A stretch of DNA of 64,000 bases. Origin: Macrostomum lignano. Lineage: Eukaryota. A program made the translations under genes and the position numbers. The notes beneath the pieces are model-generated. The model worked only from the letters and a program-made list of their open reading frames with translations, was not told where the DNA came from and did not search any database. The DNA is taken from NCBI GenBank assembly GCA_002269645.1, contig NIVC01001600.1, positions 186,001-250,000 of the forward strand, read 5' to 3'. Of the stretch, positions 11,901 to 23,900 are shown one piece after another (the first letter of the stretch is position 1; every line of letters starts with the position of its first letter).

Positions 11901-14900
11901 AGGTTCAGCTTTTAGCAATGCTGGCTGCTGCTGCTGTTGTTGCTGCTCCAGAGGCTGGTCCAGCACGCCATTGAATTGGTCAAACTCGCCCATGATCTGC
12001 TGGACAAATGTATCATCGAGCAGTGGATCGTGATCTGGTATCACGCCTGACATTAGGTCAAAGTCGGTGCCAAGCTCATCTGTGCGCAGGTCGCTCAGGA
12101 TGTCATCTAGAGGATCTAGAGGAGAAGAGGTTGTTGGGAATAAGAAATGATGGGAAAAAATTAATGACAAGAAAAACTAGTTTAAGATCTCAAATATTTT
12201 CAGGACTTAGAATATAGGTCAAATAAATAGATTTGATAAAGGATTTCTTATATTTTCTGATATCTCTTCAACAATAAGTATCCCCTGGCAGTCTATTGAC
12301 AGTCCCTTGATGGGCTTCTTACAGACACTTGATAGCAAATTTGTATACTTAGTTCTTAGCTACAGATTTATATTACTGCATATTTTAAGTTAGTATTACT
12401 CTTGCTGTGATACAATGTAGATGAATGAAGGGTATACTTAGAAATAAATATTAGTAACAATACTTATGAAAATGTAAGTGCAAATAATGTTCCTTAGCAT
12501 TCTTAAAATCACTCCTTATGCATTTATCACCTTTGGCTAATATATTGGTTTGCTACCTTCCCTATGTATCTCTTTTGCTTCTAGCTAGGCTGGAGCTATC
12601 ATTAGCTTTATTCCTTTAGTTTTATTATATACCACCTATTGCCATGCCAGCCTAGTAAATAAATGCAAATTTAAACAAAAGTTAGCCTCTATCAATTGTC
12701 ATGAATATTGCCAATTTGACTCAAGTGTTATTTGAACATTAAATTTGATTGCCATCTATCAAAGTATTTGTATTGCTTCAAAAAGTTCTATCACTATACC
12801 CATACAAAAACTCTTTATACTAGGTCAATTGATAGGGACTCAAGTGAAATTTTGAAAGTTACTTTTTAGTATTTTTCGATTAGGTCTTTCAATTAATAAT
12901 TTATAGAATTAGTGATTACTTGAAGGCATTTTGCTCTAACTTGTACTCGTTACATTATTTACTTTGTTGGTTACAAAACTTCATATCAATTTTGTTGTGT
13001 TTTACTTCTTCATCTTGACAATCTTTTCTCAATTTTGTTTAACTTTACATGGACAATACACTAAAAGACCTGATCCTGATTCCTGAATCCCAATCCCAAT
13101 CCCGATCCCAAGAAAAAAATTATTCCCGATTCCGATCCCACCCAAAGATTTCAATCCCATCCAACCTCTAGTCTCAACCTTATTACCAAAGCTAATAAAT
13201 TGACCCACTGAATACAAATTGACAACCAACCCTTTCCCATAATAGACTAAACCTTTGGTTCTCCTGAATATTTTGAACCCATTGTAAATTGAGCCAATTG
13301 AGCTTCTTATTTGGAATACTATCTTTTTATGTTATTAATATGTTTTAAGACAATATCTAGAGATTGTGACTATCAAACACAACAATCTGTAAGTTACTAT
13401 CAAGTGATTTGCATTATCAGGAAGTCAGTTGAATCTGCTACCTCAGTTATTTAGCTCTCAGTGATTATCAAAGTTATATATAGAGCCAAAGTAGTAAGAA
13501 ACTAAAAGACTAATGATACTCAAGATAGAAAACAACAAACATCTAAAATAATCCACTAATATAACTAGAATAACCAAAAACCTTTGCAACAATGTTTAAA
13601 AATTAGACCTAGATTTAAAATATAAATAGGATTATAAAAAAACATTTTTTACAATTTGGCTATGTAGTGTGAGCATCTTTGCGTTTATTTTGTTGTAAAT
13701 TGACTGCATTAGTTTCTATATTGTTATTGAATTGTTATTTTGCTTTAGTTTAGTCATGCGTTTTTTGTGTACTTTTTCTTGTTAGTTAGAATCTAAATTT
13801 GTAAACAGGTTAGAGTTAGACGCCATCTGTGACTCAGCGGAGGGTTGAGTTTTGTCTGCGAACCCCAGCTTTGCGCGGTCAGCCAATCAGAACCGGCCTG
13901 GACCCTGGCACGCGGCAAGTTTCAGTTCTACCCGGCGCCGCGGGCACAGTGCAAATCGGCTTAGCAAGCGGCCGGCCAGACGACCACCACCCGGCTTGAG
14001 GGGGTTTTGAGGGGTTGACTCTGACTATATATGAAGGTGTGTTTTGGCAATCGGATCTCACTTTTTTTCCTTCTCTCCTTTTCCCCGGTTTGTCTTGTCC
14101 AGTTCCCGGCCGGTGGCCCGACTTTTCCTCCCCTTGTTGGTTCGCGCTTTGAGGCGTTTTGATTTCATCACCCCCGGTCCATATCTTTGTTCCCGCCCAA
14201 CCGCAGTAGTCTTGTGGCGTAACGTCTACGGCAAATTCCTGTCTGAAGTCGTCGCTATCAAGCGCGGTTAGATAGAGACTGTCGGATCTGATCAAGTACG
14301 CGGCCTCGACCCCGAGGGCCCCAGTGTTACACTGAAGGGCAGTGCCGATAGAACTTAGTCGGTACTCCGTTGAACGGTCGGTTCGGCAGGGCTCTCGTTT
14401 GAGAGTAGGTTCTGGCTTAGGCCAGGGGTTAGGAGTCTTCTCCGTGGTCCTGTGTTCGGTGCCTCCTCCTTCTTCTTCAGCTGAGATCCGCTTGTCAGTG
14501 CGTGTATAATCATTATTTATTAACCGTTGTTGTCGTTTTGTCAACTCTAGTTATCTGCGCCGTTTGCTTGAATCTTGTAACTCAGCTAATCAAATTAAAC
14601 CGTCAATCAAGTTAGTTATTCTTGAAATAGGATTATCACTCTCTAAATCTTTCGGTTTGTGTTCCCTCGTGTTCTTTCTTTTCTTGTACTGTACCTGCGG
14701 CTATTGGAGAAAGACTGGTAGGACTCGCCGACCGGCGATAGGCGATTAGGATTAATAGCTTTAAAATCTTCGAACGCTCCAAGTAGGTTTGTCTAGGGCC
14801 TAAATAATTGCTCACCGTGCATGCTATTATCTAATTGCCTATTTATCACAAGTGGAGCCCCTGGGATTCCAATAGTTAGCAGGCGGCAGTTTATTGGTAG

Positions 14901-17900
14901 GCGCTCTAAGTGAGCAAGCTTAGACTAAAATTCAACGAGTCTGTTCCAGGCTCGTAGCGGCTATTTCGTCAACCACGCAGTGTGCAGCAATTCCGCATTA
15001 GGTGTGGTTTTGCGGTTGGCCAGTTACCCCAAAATACTGAATAGGATTTAGGAGTGGGAAAAATAAAATTGACCTTCTAAAACTAAAATTAGTACTTTAA
15101 TAGAAACTTGCGTGTGAAAGTAGATTTTGTTTACAGTTGAAAATTTCATTAGTGTTTATCAGCATAGTCTGCGAGTGCGCGCACTAGAGAGTACACCGGT
15201 TGAATTTGTCTCAGTGTACATTCAGTTTTCTTATCAGTTATTGCCAGTGCGAGCGAGGCGACCGATTCCGCTCAGTAGATAAAATAGAAAACTAGATTAT
15301 TGAAATTGTTATAGCCTTACAAGTTGTACTTTCTGAAGTTGCAGTAATAGAAATTCCAATTGGTTGAAACTTAGCAATGGCGCAGGACGGAGAAAATAGT
15401 CAAGAATCGAAGTCAGCTGAGATTAGGAACGAAGGCGAAATAGATGAGGCCGAACATTTGAGAACAGTAGTGAGAGAACTGCAGGATCGCATAAGAAGAA
15501 TGGAAACCGAAAATCCCGAACCTAGAGTGATTTTGAAGTCGCATAACAGCGTAGCAAAGCCAAAGCCATACCGACTTGGCTCAGATTTCGAATTGTTTCT
15601 AAGAATCTTCAACAACTACTGTCAAGGCAACAGTATAGACGAATCGGCTAAAGTGTATCAACTATTGTCGCTCCTAGACGAAGACGCCTACAAGGTTTAC
15701 ATTAACTTAGGCCTAGCGAGCACCGAATCATTTGAAAGCATCGAAAAGACTTTAAAGGACAAATTTAAGCCCGTAGGACAGAAGGAAGAAGCGAAGCTAG
15801 AGCTGATGAACCGCAGGCAGAAGGAAGACGAATCGTTAGAAGAATTTTACGACGCGCTAGTTGAATTAGTTAGGAAAGCAGGACTAGAGAGTCAGGCTAG
15901 AGAGCGAGTTTCTGAACGATTTGAAGCCGGCATAGCAAATTATAAAGTCAGGCGCGCAGTTATTGCCTATCGCAGAACGCATGAATCGAAATACCAGACG
16001 CAAGATTTACTGACTGCAGCAAAGAACGAGGAGATCCTCGAAGAACTCGCAAATCCAGGCAGTCAAAAGAATAGGAGGAAGCAGGAGGGCTCAAATACTT
16101 TGACAGCTCAAGTAGAAAAAGAGCAGAAAAAGCCAGCACCCAGCGCGGACCAAGGCCACCAGTCATTTGGACCTCAGTTTGCTTCCCCGAGCAATTATCC
16201 TTCGCAGTACCAACCGTACCAGAATTATCAGCCTCAGTTCGACTACAGGCAATGGCAACCTAGGTTCGCCCATAGACAAATGAACCCAAGCTATAGGCCA
16301 CAGGCACCAGTGCAGCCTCCGAATAGCTTTCGGCCACAGCATCACATGAGCAGTTACTCGAGACCCTATAATAGGCAGTCTTCGCCATTTGTCAGGCCCG
16401 CCATGACACGCCCGTCACGCTTTGGTCACGAGGCCGGAGGGGCCAATGACAGGTTCACACCTTCGGGGGCGAACGCGCCAAATGCGAGAAAGGCCTGTTA
16501 TGAGTGCGGCGAAGAAACTCACCTGGCTAGAGACTGCCCAGTTAGACGAAATTCTTTAAACTACCGACGGGGCGGCACCAAGGGAGGGCCAACCGCCCCC
16601 AGCCATTAAACCGATTCACTCCCAATAGAAGAGCTGCAGCAGTAGAGGACCAGCAAGACAGCTCAGTCAATGTAGAATATGGCAACTTAGTTTGGTACAA
16701 TTATTACAGAGGCTACGGATTTCTGCGAGATAGCGATAATAGAGATATATTCTTTCATGTGACTAATACTAATATAGCAACTGATTACGAAATTATGCAT
16801 TTTCTGCGCCAGAGGGCGACAGTAAAATTTATTCGCACTAACGATACTACTCATAGTAGGAAACAGAGAGCGGTCAATGTTAAAATTTGCTCAAGCGAGG
16901 AACGCAGATTAGCAGAAATTAACAAACAGAAGTCAGCGAGCTTAGCTAGACAGTCAGAGCAATTGAAAGAAGAATTAGAGAAGCGAAGCGAAGCTGCGGC
17001 AGCTCAGAGAAGCGCATTGAATAGCATAGACTTGAGACTCAGTGAGGTGGAAGGCAAGAAAGCTTCATCAGACGAACCGAAAGTAGTAAAAGAATTGTCA
17101 GAACTTAGAACCGAACTGAAGGACTTACGCCAATGCTTGGTAGGAAAAGTCCAAGAAGAGCCAGCGAAAGTAGTATTAGACAGTAGTGCAACGACAACAG
17201 AACTTAGAGCTGAACTTAGGGAAATGAAGCAGGAATTAAGGAAGTTAGAGACAGCCATCCAGCGAGATGTGGCAGCTGAAAAGAAAGCAACAGAGAAGCG
17301 AGAGAAGACCGTAGAAGCAGACATATCTAGCCAATTAGTGAATTCAGGATTATTCCTCGATAGCCAGATTAACGGACTAAGCGAAAAAATATTAGTTGAT
17401 ACCGGCGCCTCAAATTGCCTAATTGATAATAAATTATATCAACGCCTCTATCCAGCCAATCATAGTCTGAAGCCATGCTCAGTGAATATGCGATCCGCCA
17501 ATGGCCAGACTTCAAATTTATTAGGCCAAGTAGCATTGCGTGTTAGATTTGGGGACTGCGAGATTACGCACCCATTCTATGTTGCTGAAGGCTTACTAAC
17601 ATCATCAATAATAGGCATCGATTTGTTAACCAGGCATAAAATTAAATTAGATATAGCAGGAAAATCCTTAGAATTTAGTGATCGCAGAATTCCGCTTGTA
17701 ACAACGAGTGATGAAACGCGTTGCGTCCTACTGCAAGTAGTCAAGAAAGTATCTATAGCACCGATGAGCGAAATTTATGTCAAGGCTAAATGTAAAGATA
17801 CTCCAGAAACTGCAGAACTCGGCTTCATTTCAGGCCGCAGTCAAATTAGCGAGAAAGATGAGCCATTAGTAGCTAAAGCTATTACTAGATTGGACGAATT

Positions 17901-20900
17901 CGGCGAAACTTACGTTAGATTAATGAACCTGACAGAAGAGGCACAGACAATTCATAAGGATGAGGTAGTTGCGCAGTATCAACCGATGAAGGAGGAAGTA
18001 GAACTTTTCGCAATGTCAGAAACTGATTTAGAAGTAAGTGCGCAGAAGCAATCGAAGGCAGCAATTACGGTGCAAGAAGCTGATAGACTTAGGGAGCAAT
18101 TCCGCTTAAACGAGACCGATTTAAGTGAGGCTCAGAAGAGAAAAGTAATTGAATTATTACATCGTTATCAAAATATAGTTTCGAAGGATCAGTGGGATAT
18201 CGGCAAGACCCAGATGGGCGAATTCAAGATTGAGACTACCGATGAAATTCCAGTCAGAATTCCCCTGCGCAAGCAAAGCCCTGAGCAACGAGAATTTGTT
18301 AGCGGACATGTGCAGCAGCTGTTAGAGCACGATTTGATTGAGCCCTCAGAATCTGAGTGGAGTTGCCCTATAGTTCTCGCCCGGAAGAAGTCCGGAGAAT
18401 TCAGATTTTGCTGTGATTTTAGACAACTAAATAATAAGACTAAGAAGGACAGTTTTCCGTTACCGCTAATTCAAGAATCGCTGGAATCCCTGGCAGGCAA
18501 CATGTACTTTAGCACCCTAGACATGGTCGGCGCTTATTGGTCAGTGAAGGTCAGAGAGACTGACCGCGAGAAATTAGCGTTTCGAACCCATGATGGCCTG
18601 TTCCAGTGGAAAGTTTTGCCTTTCGGAGTCACGAATGGACCCGCTTGCTTTCAGCGCATAATGCAGAAGATCTTAGGCGATTACGCTTATAAGTTCGCTT
18701 TACTCTACCTAGATGATGTTATTTGCACAGGCAAGAATTTCGAAGCAATGCTAAGTAATTTAGAATTAATTTTCTCTCGATTAGCAGATGCTGGTATGAA
18801 AATCAAGCCAGAGAAGACCTTTCTGTTTCGGAAAGAAGTCACCTTCCTAGGGCACACCGTCTGCCAGCACGGTATCTATACCAGCAAAGATAAGATAGAA
18901 AAAGTCCAAACATGGCCCCGGCCAGAGAATATCTCTGAGCTGCGCGGATTCTTAGGCTTAGCCGGCTACTATCGCAGATTTATTAAAGACTTTGCGCGAA
19001 TAAGTGAGCCCTTGAATAATTTAACTAGAAAAGATGTCAAGTATAAGTGGGATGACAGTTGCCAGAAGGCATTCGATCTATTAAAGCAGAAGCTAGTAAG
19101 CGCACCTGTACTGAGCTACCCCAGGTTCGATAGCGACGCGGGACCGTTCATCCTCGATGTCGACGCCTGTGACGTAGCTATAGGTGGAAATTTATTACAA
19201 GAGCAAGATGGTGAAGAAAAAGTGATAGCCTATGCTTCGCATCCGTTAAATGAGCATCAGTTGAATTACTGCACTACGATGAAGGAAATGTTTGCGCTGA
19301 TATATTTCTTAGAACATTACCGGCCTTATCTGGTCGGCCGTCGTTTCAAGGTCAGGACAGACCACGCGGCCCTCCAATGGCTACGCAAGTGCCACGGTGC
19401 AAAAGGCATGCTAGGCAGATGGAATATGATTCTTGAGCAGTTTGATCAATTTGAAGTAATTCGAGAATGGAGGAATATGACTTTGCAATTCAGTACCGCC
19501 AAGGGATTGCCCATGGTAACGCAGACGCCCTGAGTCGCAGACCTCAGCGGGATGGTCCCCCGAAACGCTACCATGAGGAATGCCCCACTTGCAGTGCGAC
19601 GAAGACAGCAACAGTCCACTGCGGTGCAATTAATATCGATACGCCAGCAGGAATTGTAGAACTGCAGGAGAGCCAGCCAGAGTTGCTGCTGCTCAAGCAA
19701 AAGCTCAGACAGGGAGAGCCCTGTCCACCCAAGAATGAATGGGTTGGAATGAGCCGCAGTTATAAGTCATTATTTAGCGATTATGAGCAGCTATTAGTGA
19801 AAAATGACATAATTTACAGGAATTGGATAGATTCCGAAGGCCGAAAATTTGAGCAGATTGTACTGCCGGAAAATCAAGCCCTGGAGCAGCAGTTGTTTCG
19901 AGCTTACCACGATCAAATGGCTCACGGCGGTATTTCGAAGACAAAAGATTTGATTCGACAGAGATTTTGGTGGCCAAACTATTCAACGAACTTAGATAGA
20001 TATATTAAGACTTGTACTGAGTGTCAGACAAGAAAGAAATACGGGCCGAAGCCACGAGCGCCCTTAGAGCCAGAAGTCAGCAGTTACATGGGCGAGAAAG
20101 TACATATAGATTTCGCCGGTCCGTTTAACGCCACAGCACGGGGGAACAAGTACCTCCTGCTGATGGTTGATCACTTTACGGGTGGCTAGAGGTAAAAGCG
20201 CTTAGAGATTGTACAGCTGAGAGAACAGCTTGGGCCCTGTACACAGAGTGGATCACTCGGCATGGTGCCCCTGAAGCATTCATATCAGACAGAGGAACAT
20301 CATTTACTGCAGAATTAGTGAAGTCATTAACCGAAAATTTCCGAATAGATTTGCGCCATACTACTAGCTACCATCCGCAGGCAAACGGTCGCTGCGAGCG
20401 CATGGTCAGAGTAGTGAAAGATGGAATCAGATTAGCTCAGGTGAACTCAGTTTGGCATGGGATGAGGTGCTTCCGCACGCTTTGATGGTTCAGCGAAGCA
20501 CGGTCAGTGAAAGCAATAAATTTAGTCCGTTCGAATTAGTCTATGGTCGAAAGATGCGGCTACCGGTTGATGCTGAGCTTGGATTGCCTTCGCCGGAGCG
20601 CAAGACCCGTGATAAACATTTACATGATCTGTATAAGAAGTGCATGGAATCGTATAGAATCGCCAGAGAAAAGCAGCAAATATCAGTCAGGCGGCAGAAA
20701 TCTAATTATGACACGAAAGTATTCCAGCAGTATTATCAGCCAGGTGACCTGGTCTGGATAGCGAATACGCAGAATTGTTATGATACGAATAGGAAGTGGG
20801 TAGGTCCGTATCGAGTGCTTGAAGTAAGAAATAATGGAAAAAATTTAAAAATTGAACCCGGTCCAAAGGTTGACCGAATAGAGCAACCCGTCAGAATTCA

Positions 20901-23900
20901 TGACGTAGTGACAGTAGACAGAACAAAGCCCTGCTACTTGTCAGAAGAAAAGTTGCGTCAATATCGAGAAGAGGAAGCTGGAAGTGCTAGTGATGACGGC
21001 TCGGAGGAGTCAGAAAGAGTCCAAGTGGAGATTCAGAGACCAGAGAGAATTAGATTTTTGCAACGTGAGAGAGCTCACGAAGCTACTGGAAGTAATAAAG
21101 ATAGAACAGTGGAAAATACTCAGACAGCGGGCAATGCAAACCAGCAGGCGCAGGCGAGTCCTGCGGGGTCTCAGGCCAGGCAGAGTCCTGTGCGCACTCC
21201 ACCGAATTTAATGCATCTGAGCCCGGTGCACAGTACGCCCCCGCAGCGGGCAGGCATGAATAATGTTAGCTGGATACCGCGGCTGCGGAACCGCGCGGCG
21301 ATTAGACCCCCGGAACGATACGGTTATCATTGAATGGAGTCTATAGAAACGAAAGGCACTGTCGAGACGAAAATTTCAATTGTATTACTAATAGTAACTT
21401 GTCGAGACATACGCGAGAAAATTGTAGAACGCAAAAATGGAACCAGAGAAAAATAGTCAATAGAAAAAATAATAAAGACTTGCAAGTGCTGATGTTGACA
21501 CTGCAGTTGCAGGAGTTGAAGACTAACTGCTCGAGCTGCCACACCTGGTAGATTCCAGGACGCTAATGAAAGAGAAATACCATAGACGACCATAGAAAGT
21601 GTATGAAACGATTGGAAGTTGCAAATAGAAATTGAAATTGAATTGAGCCCAGATTGAAGTCGTCTGCGGTTCCATCGGCCAGTATATTCGGAATTATTAT
21701 AATGAGAAATTATTAAGGAATAAATATTATTATAAATGTTATTAAAAAAAACAGTCTTGCAGTAGAACTGACATGCGTGAATATTCGATACAAACATAAA
21801 AAATTGTAAAAGCTTCATAAAACAACACAAAAATATTATTCAAATTGCTTGAGTCAGAACACTGCTTGACACAAAAATATTAAAAACTTACAGCTAACCG
21901 ACATGTTACATGTTGCAGCTGAAATGGCTGAGCGAGAGGAAGGGGAGATTCCCGACGGCGCTACTGCGGTCCCGGAGGTGGACGTATTGGATGTGTGCGC
22001 CGCCGTCGACGACCTGGGTATGTCGGAGGCGACGGCGAAGCCATCACGAGCTGAACGGCGGCGAGAGCGGGCTCAGAGGCATTACGAACAACGACGTGCC
22101 GTGCGCCGCGCTGAACGCGAACTTGAGACATCGACGGCGCTGACGCGGCCTCAGGTTTTTTCGGCCCTGAAGCGCTACATTAGGAACGACTGGAGCCGGA
22201 ATCCGTCGGTTGATACGCTTCGCGCAAAGCTCCGGCACGTGCGGCTTGCTGGTCAGCAAGGCGGCATTCCGATGCCCGAGTTGTTCGACGCGATGGCGAC
22301 GGCCGTGTCGGTGGCCATTGCTTTCACACCGCGCCAGCGAATGCCTGACACTAGTATCGACGACATCCGCACGGCCTGTCAGGCGGAAGGGCTCGCCTTG
22401 AAGGGTCGCAACGGCACTGGGTCCGCGTCGACATCGATGGGGGCGTTCTGCCCGCTGGCCGCTGCGAGTCATTGTTCGGCGCCGGTTACCGCCGCCAGCT
22501 GGAAGAGGACGGTTCAGTAACGGTTCGCAGCGTGGCGCGTTTTCGAGTCGACACCCACGCGGCTGCTGACAGGTTTGAGTGCTTGTATATGCGCACCCCA
22601 CCACGTGCTAAGCGGGACCCGTAGTTGGTGAGCGACTGTTGTTGATGGTTGACTAGGCTTTAGTCGTCATTGGTTGTACGGTTCCGCGGGGTCGTCTCGT
22701 CAGGTTGTCGTTCGGGCAGCGGGTCAAGTTGAGTAGTTGGGCTGCGAATCGGGGCGCCGTCTGAGCCTCGTTGGGCGCTTAAATAGTTTTGTCCTGGGCA
22801 CGACAGAAAACTGCAGCCATTGGGCGGTGAATTTCGCCACGGGGATTGGTCCTGGGCAAGACCATAAACTGCAGCCAATGGGCGATAGTTTTCGCGCGCT
22901 GAGTGTTAGTCCGCCACGGGAGCGTGGGTGGAACTTAATTATCGTCGAGGCATCCAATTAGAGATAAGCGTCGTGGTTTATTGCGATAAGAATTCCGCTG
23001 TGGAGACAGTGAGGGTCGTAGCGCCCACCCTACCTTTTTTAGGAGGGGGGAGGTGCGGATAGTTAAATCAGCGAGTAATAAAATTTTGCCAGCCGATAAG
23101 GTTCATCGTAGCACGTCGAGAAGGAGTAATTTAATTAATTTGTGTAAAATGCGTCAACGCGTTATTTGTTCTTGGTGATGGGTAGCATGCGTTTCTTTTT
23201 GTTTCATTATGTTTCAAGTGCGCGAGGTTTTTGCTTTAGTTCTTTGCCGCGGGAAAGTCGTGCCATAGTTTGCGTAAACGTTGCGTTCTGTCGCGATTTG
23301 TTTCGATTTATTTATTGATTTGCTTGTGTTTTGTCTTGTCGCGTATTGAATAGTAACTTTGCTTATGTATTTGATTGCGTTTTGCCGTGTCATAGAATTG
23401 TATTTGTGTTCTTGTTTGCGTTTCATTGTCGTGTCATGTTTCGCATAGTGAATTACGTTGTGTTCCCATTTGCGTTTTTTTCCCAGTTGCTATAGTTATA
23501 CCCTTGTTATAGTGCTCTTGTTCTTGAATTTTGAATTTTGCTTTCCGCGAATGCGTTCCGTGCTGTACTGTACCAACTTGCTTACTAGGAGTAGTATGTC
23601 GTGAATATGACGCAAATTTTCATTTGTTGTAAAAGTTTTTTCTTCTTTTGTACTCTATTTCTTTTAGGAGGGGGGAGTGTAGTGTGAGCATCTTTGCGTT
23701 TATTTTGTTGTAAATTGACTGCATTAGTTTCTATATTGTTATTGAATTGTTATTTTGCTTTAGTTTAGTCATGCGTTTTTTGTGTACTTTTTCTTGTTAG
23801 TTAGAATCTAAATTTGTAAACAGGTTAGAGTTAGACGCCATCTGTGACTCAGCGGAGGGTTGAGTTTTGTCTGCGAACCCCAGCTTTGCGCGGTCAGCCA

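Noticed and set aside
13065-13165. (A/G)ATCCC-rich patch resembling a DNA-transposon end
   Set aside because: No partner terminus or TSD visible; cannot be classified.
13663-14850. Hammerhead ribozyme in the LTR
   Set aside because: No CUGANGA...GAAA core with matching stems found by eye.
20760-21333. Chromodomain at the integrase C-terminus
   Set aside because: After the GPY motif the tail is low-complexity and lacks the chromodomain aromatic cage.
21903-22520. ORF3 as an envelope gene
   Set aside because: No signal peptide, furin site/fusion peptide pattern or TM anchor, and too short.
22044-22604. 186-aa antisense ORF overlapping ORF3
   Set aside because: Expected shadow ORF of a GC-rich coding region; no motifs.
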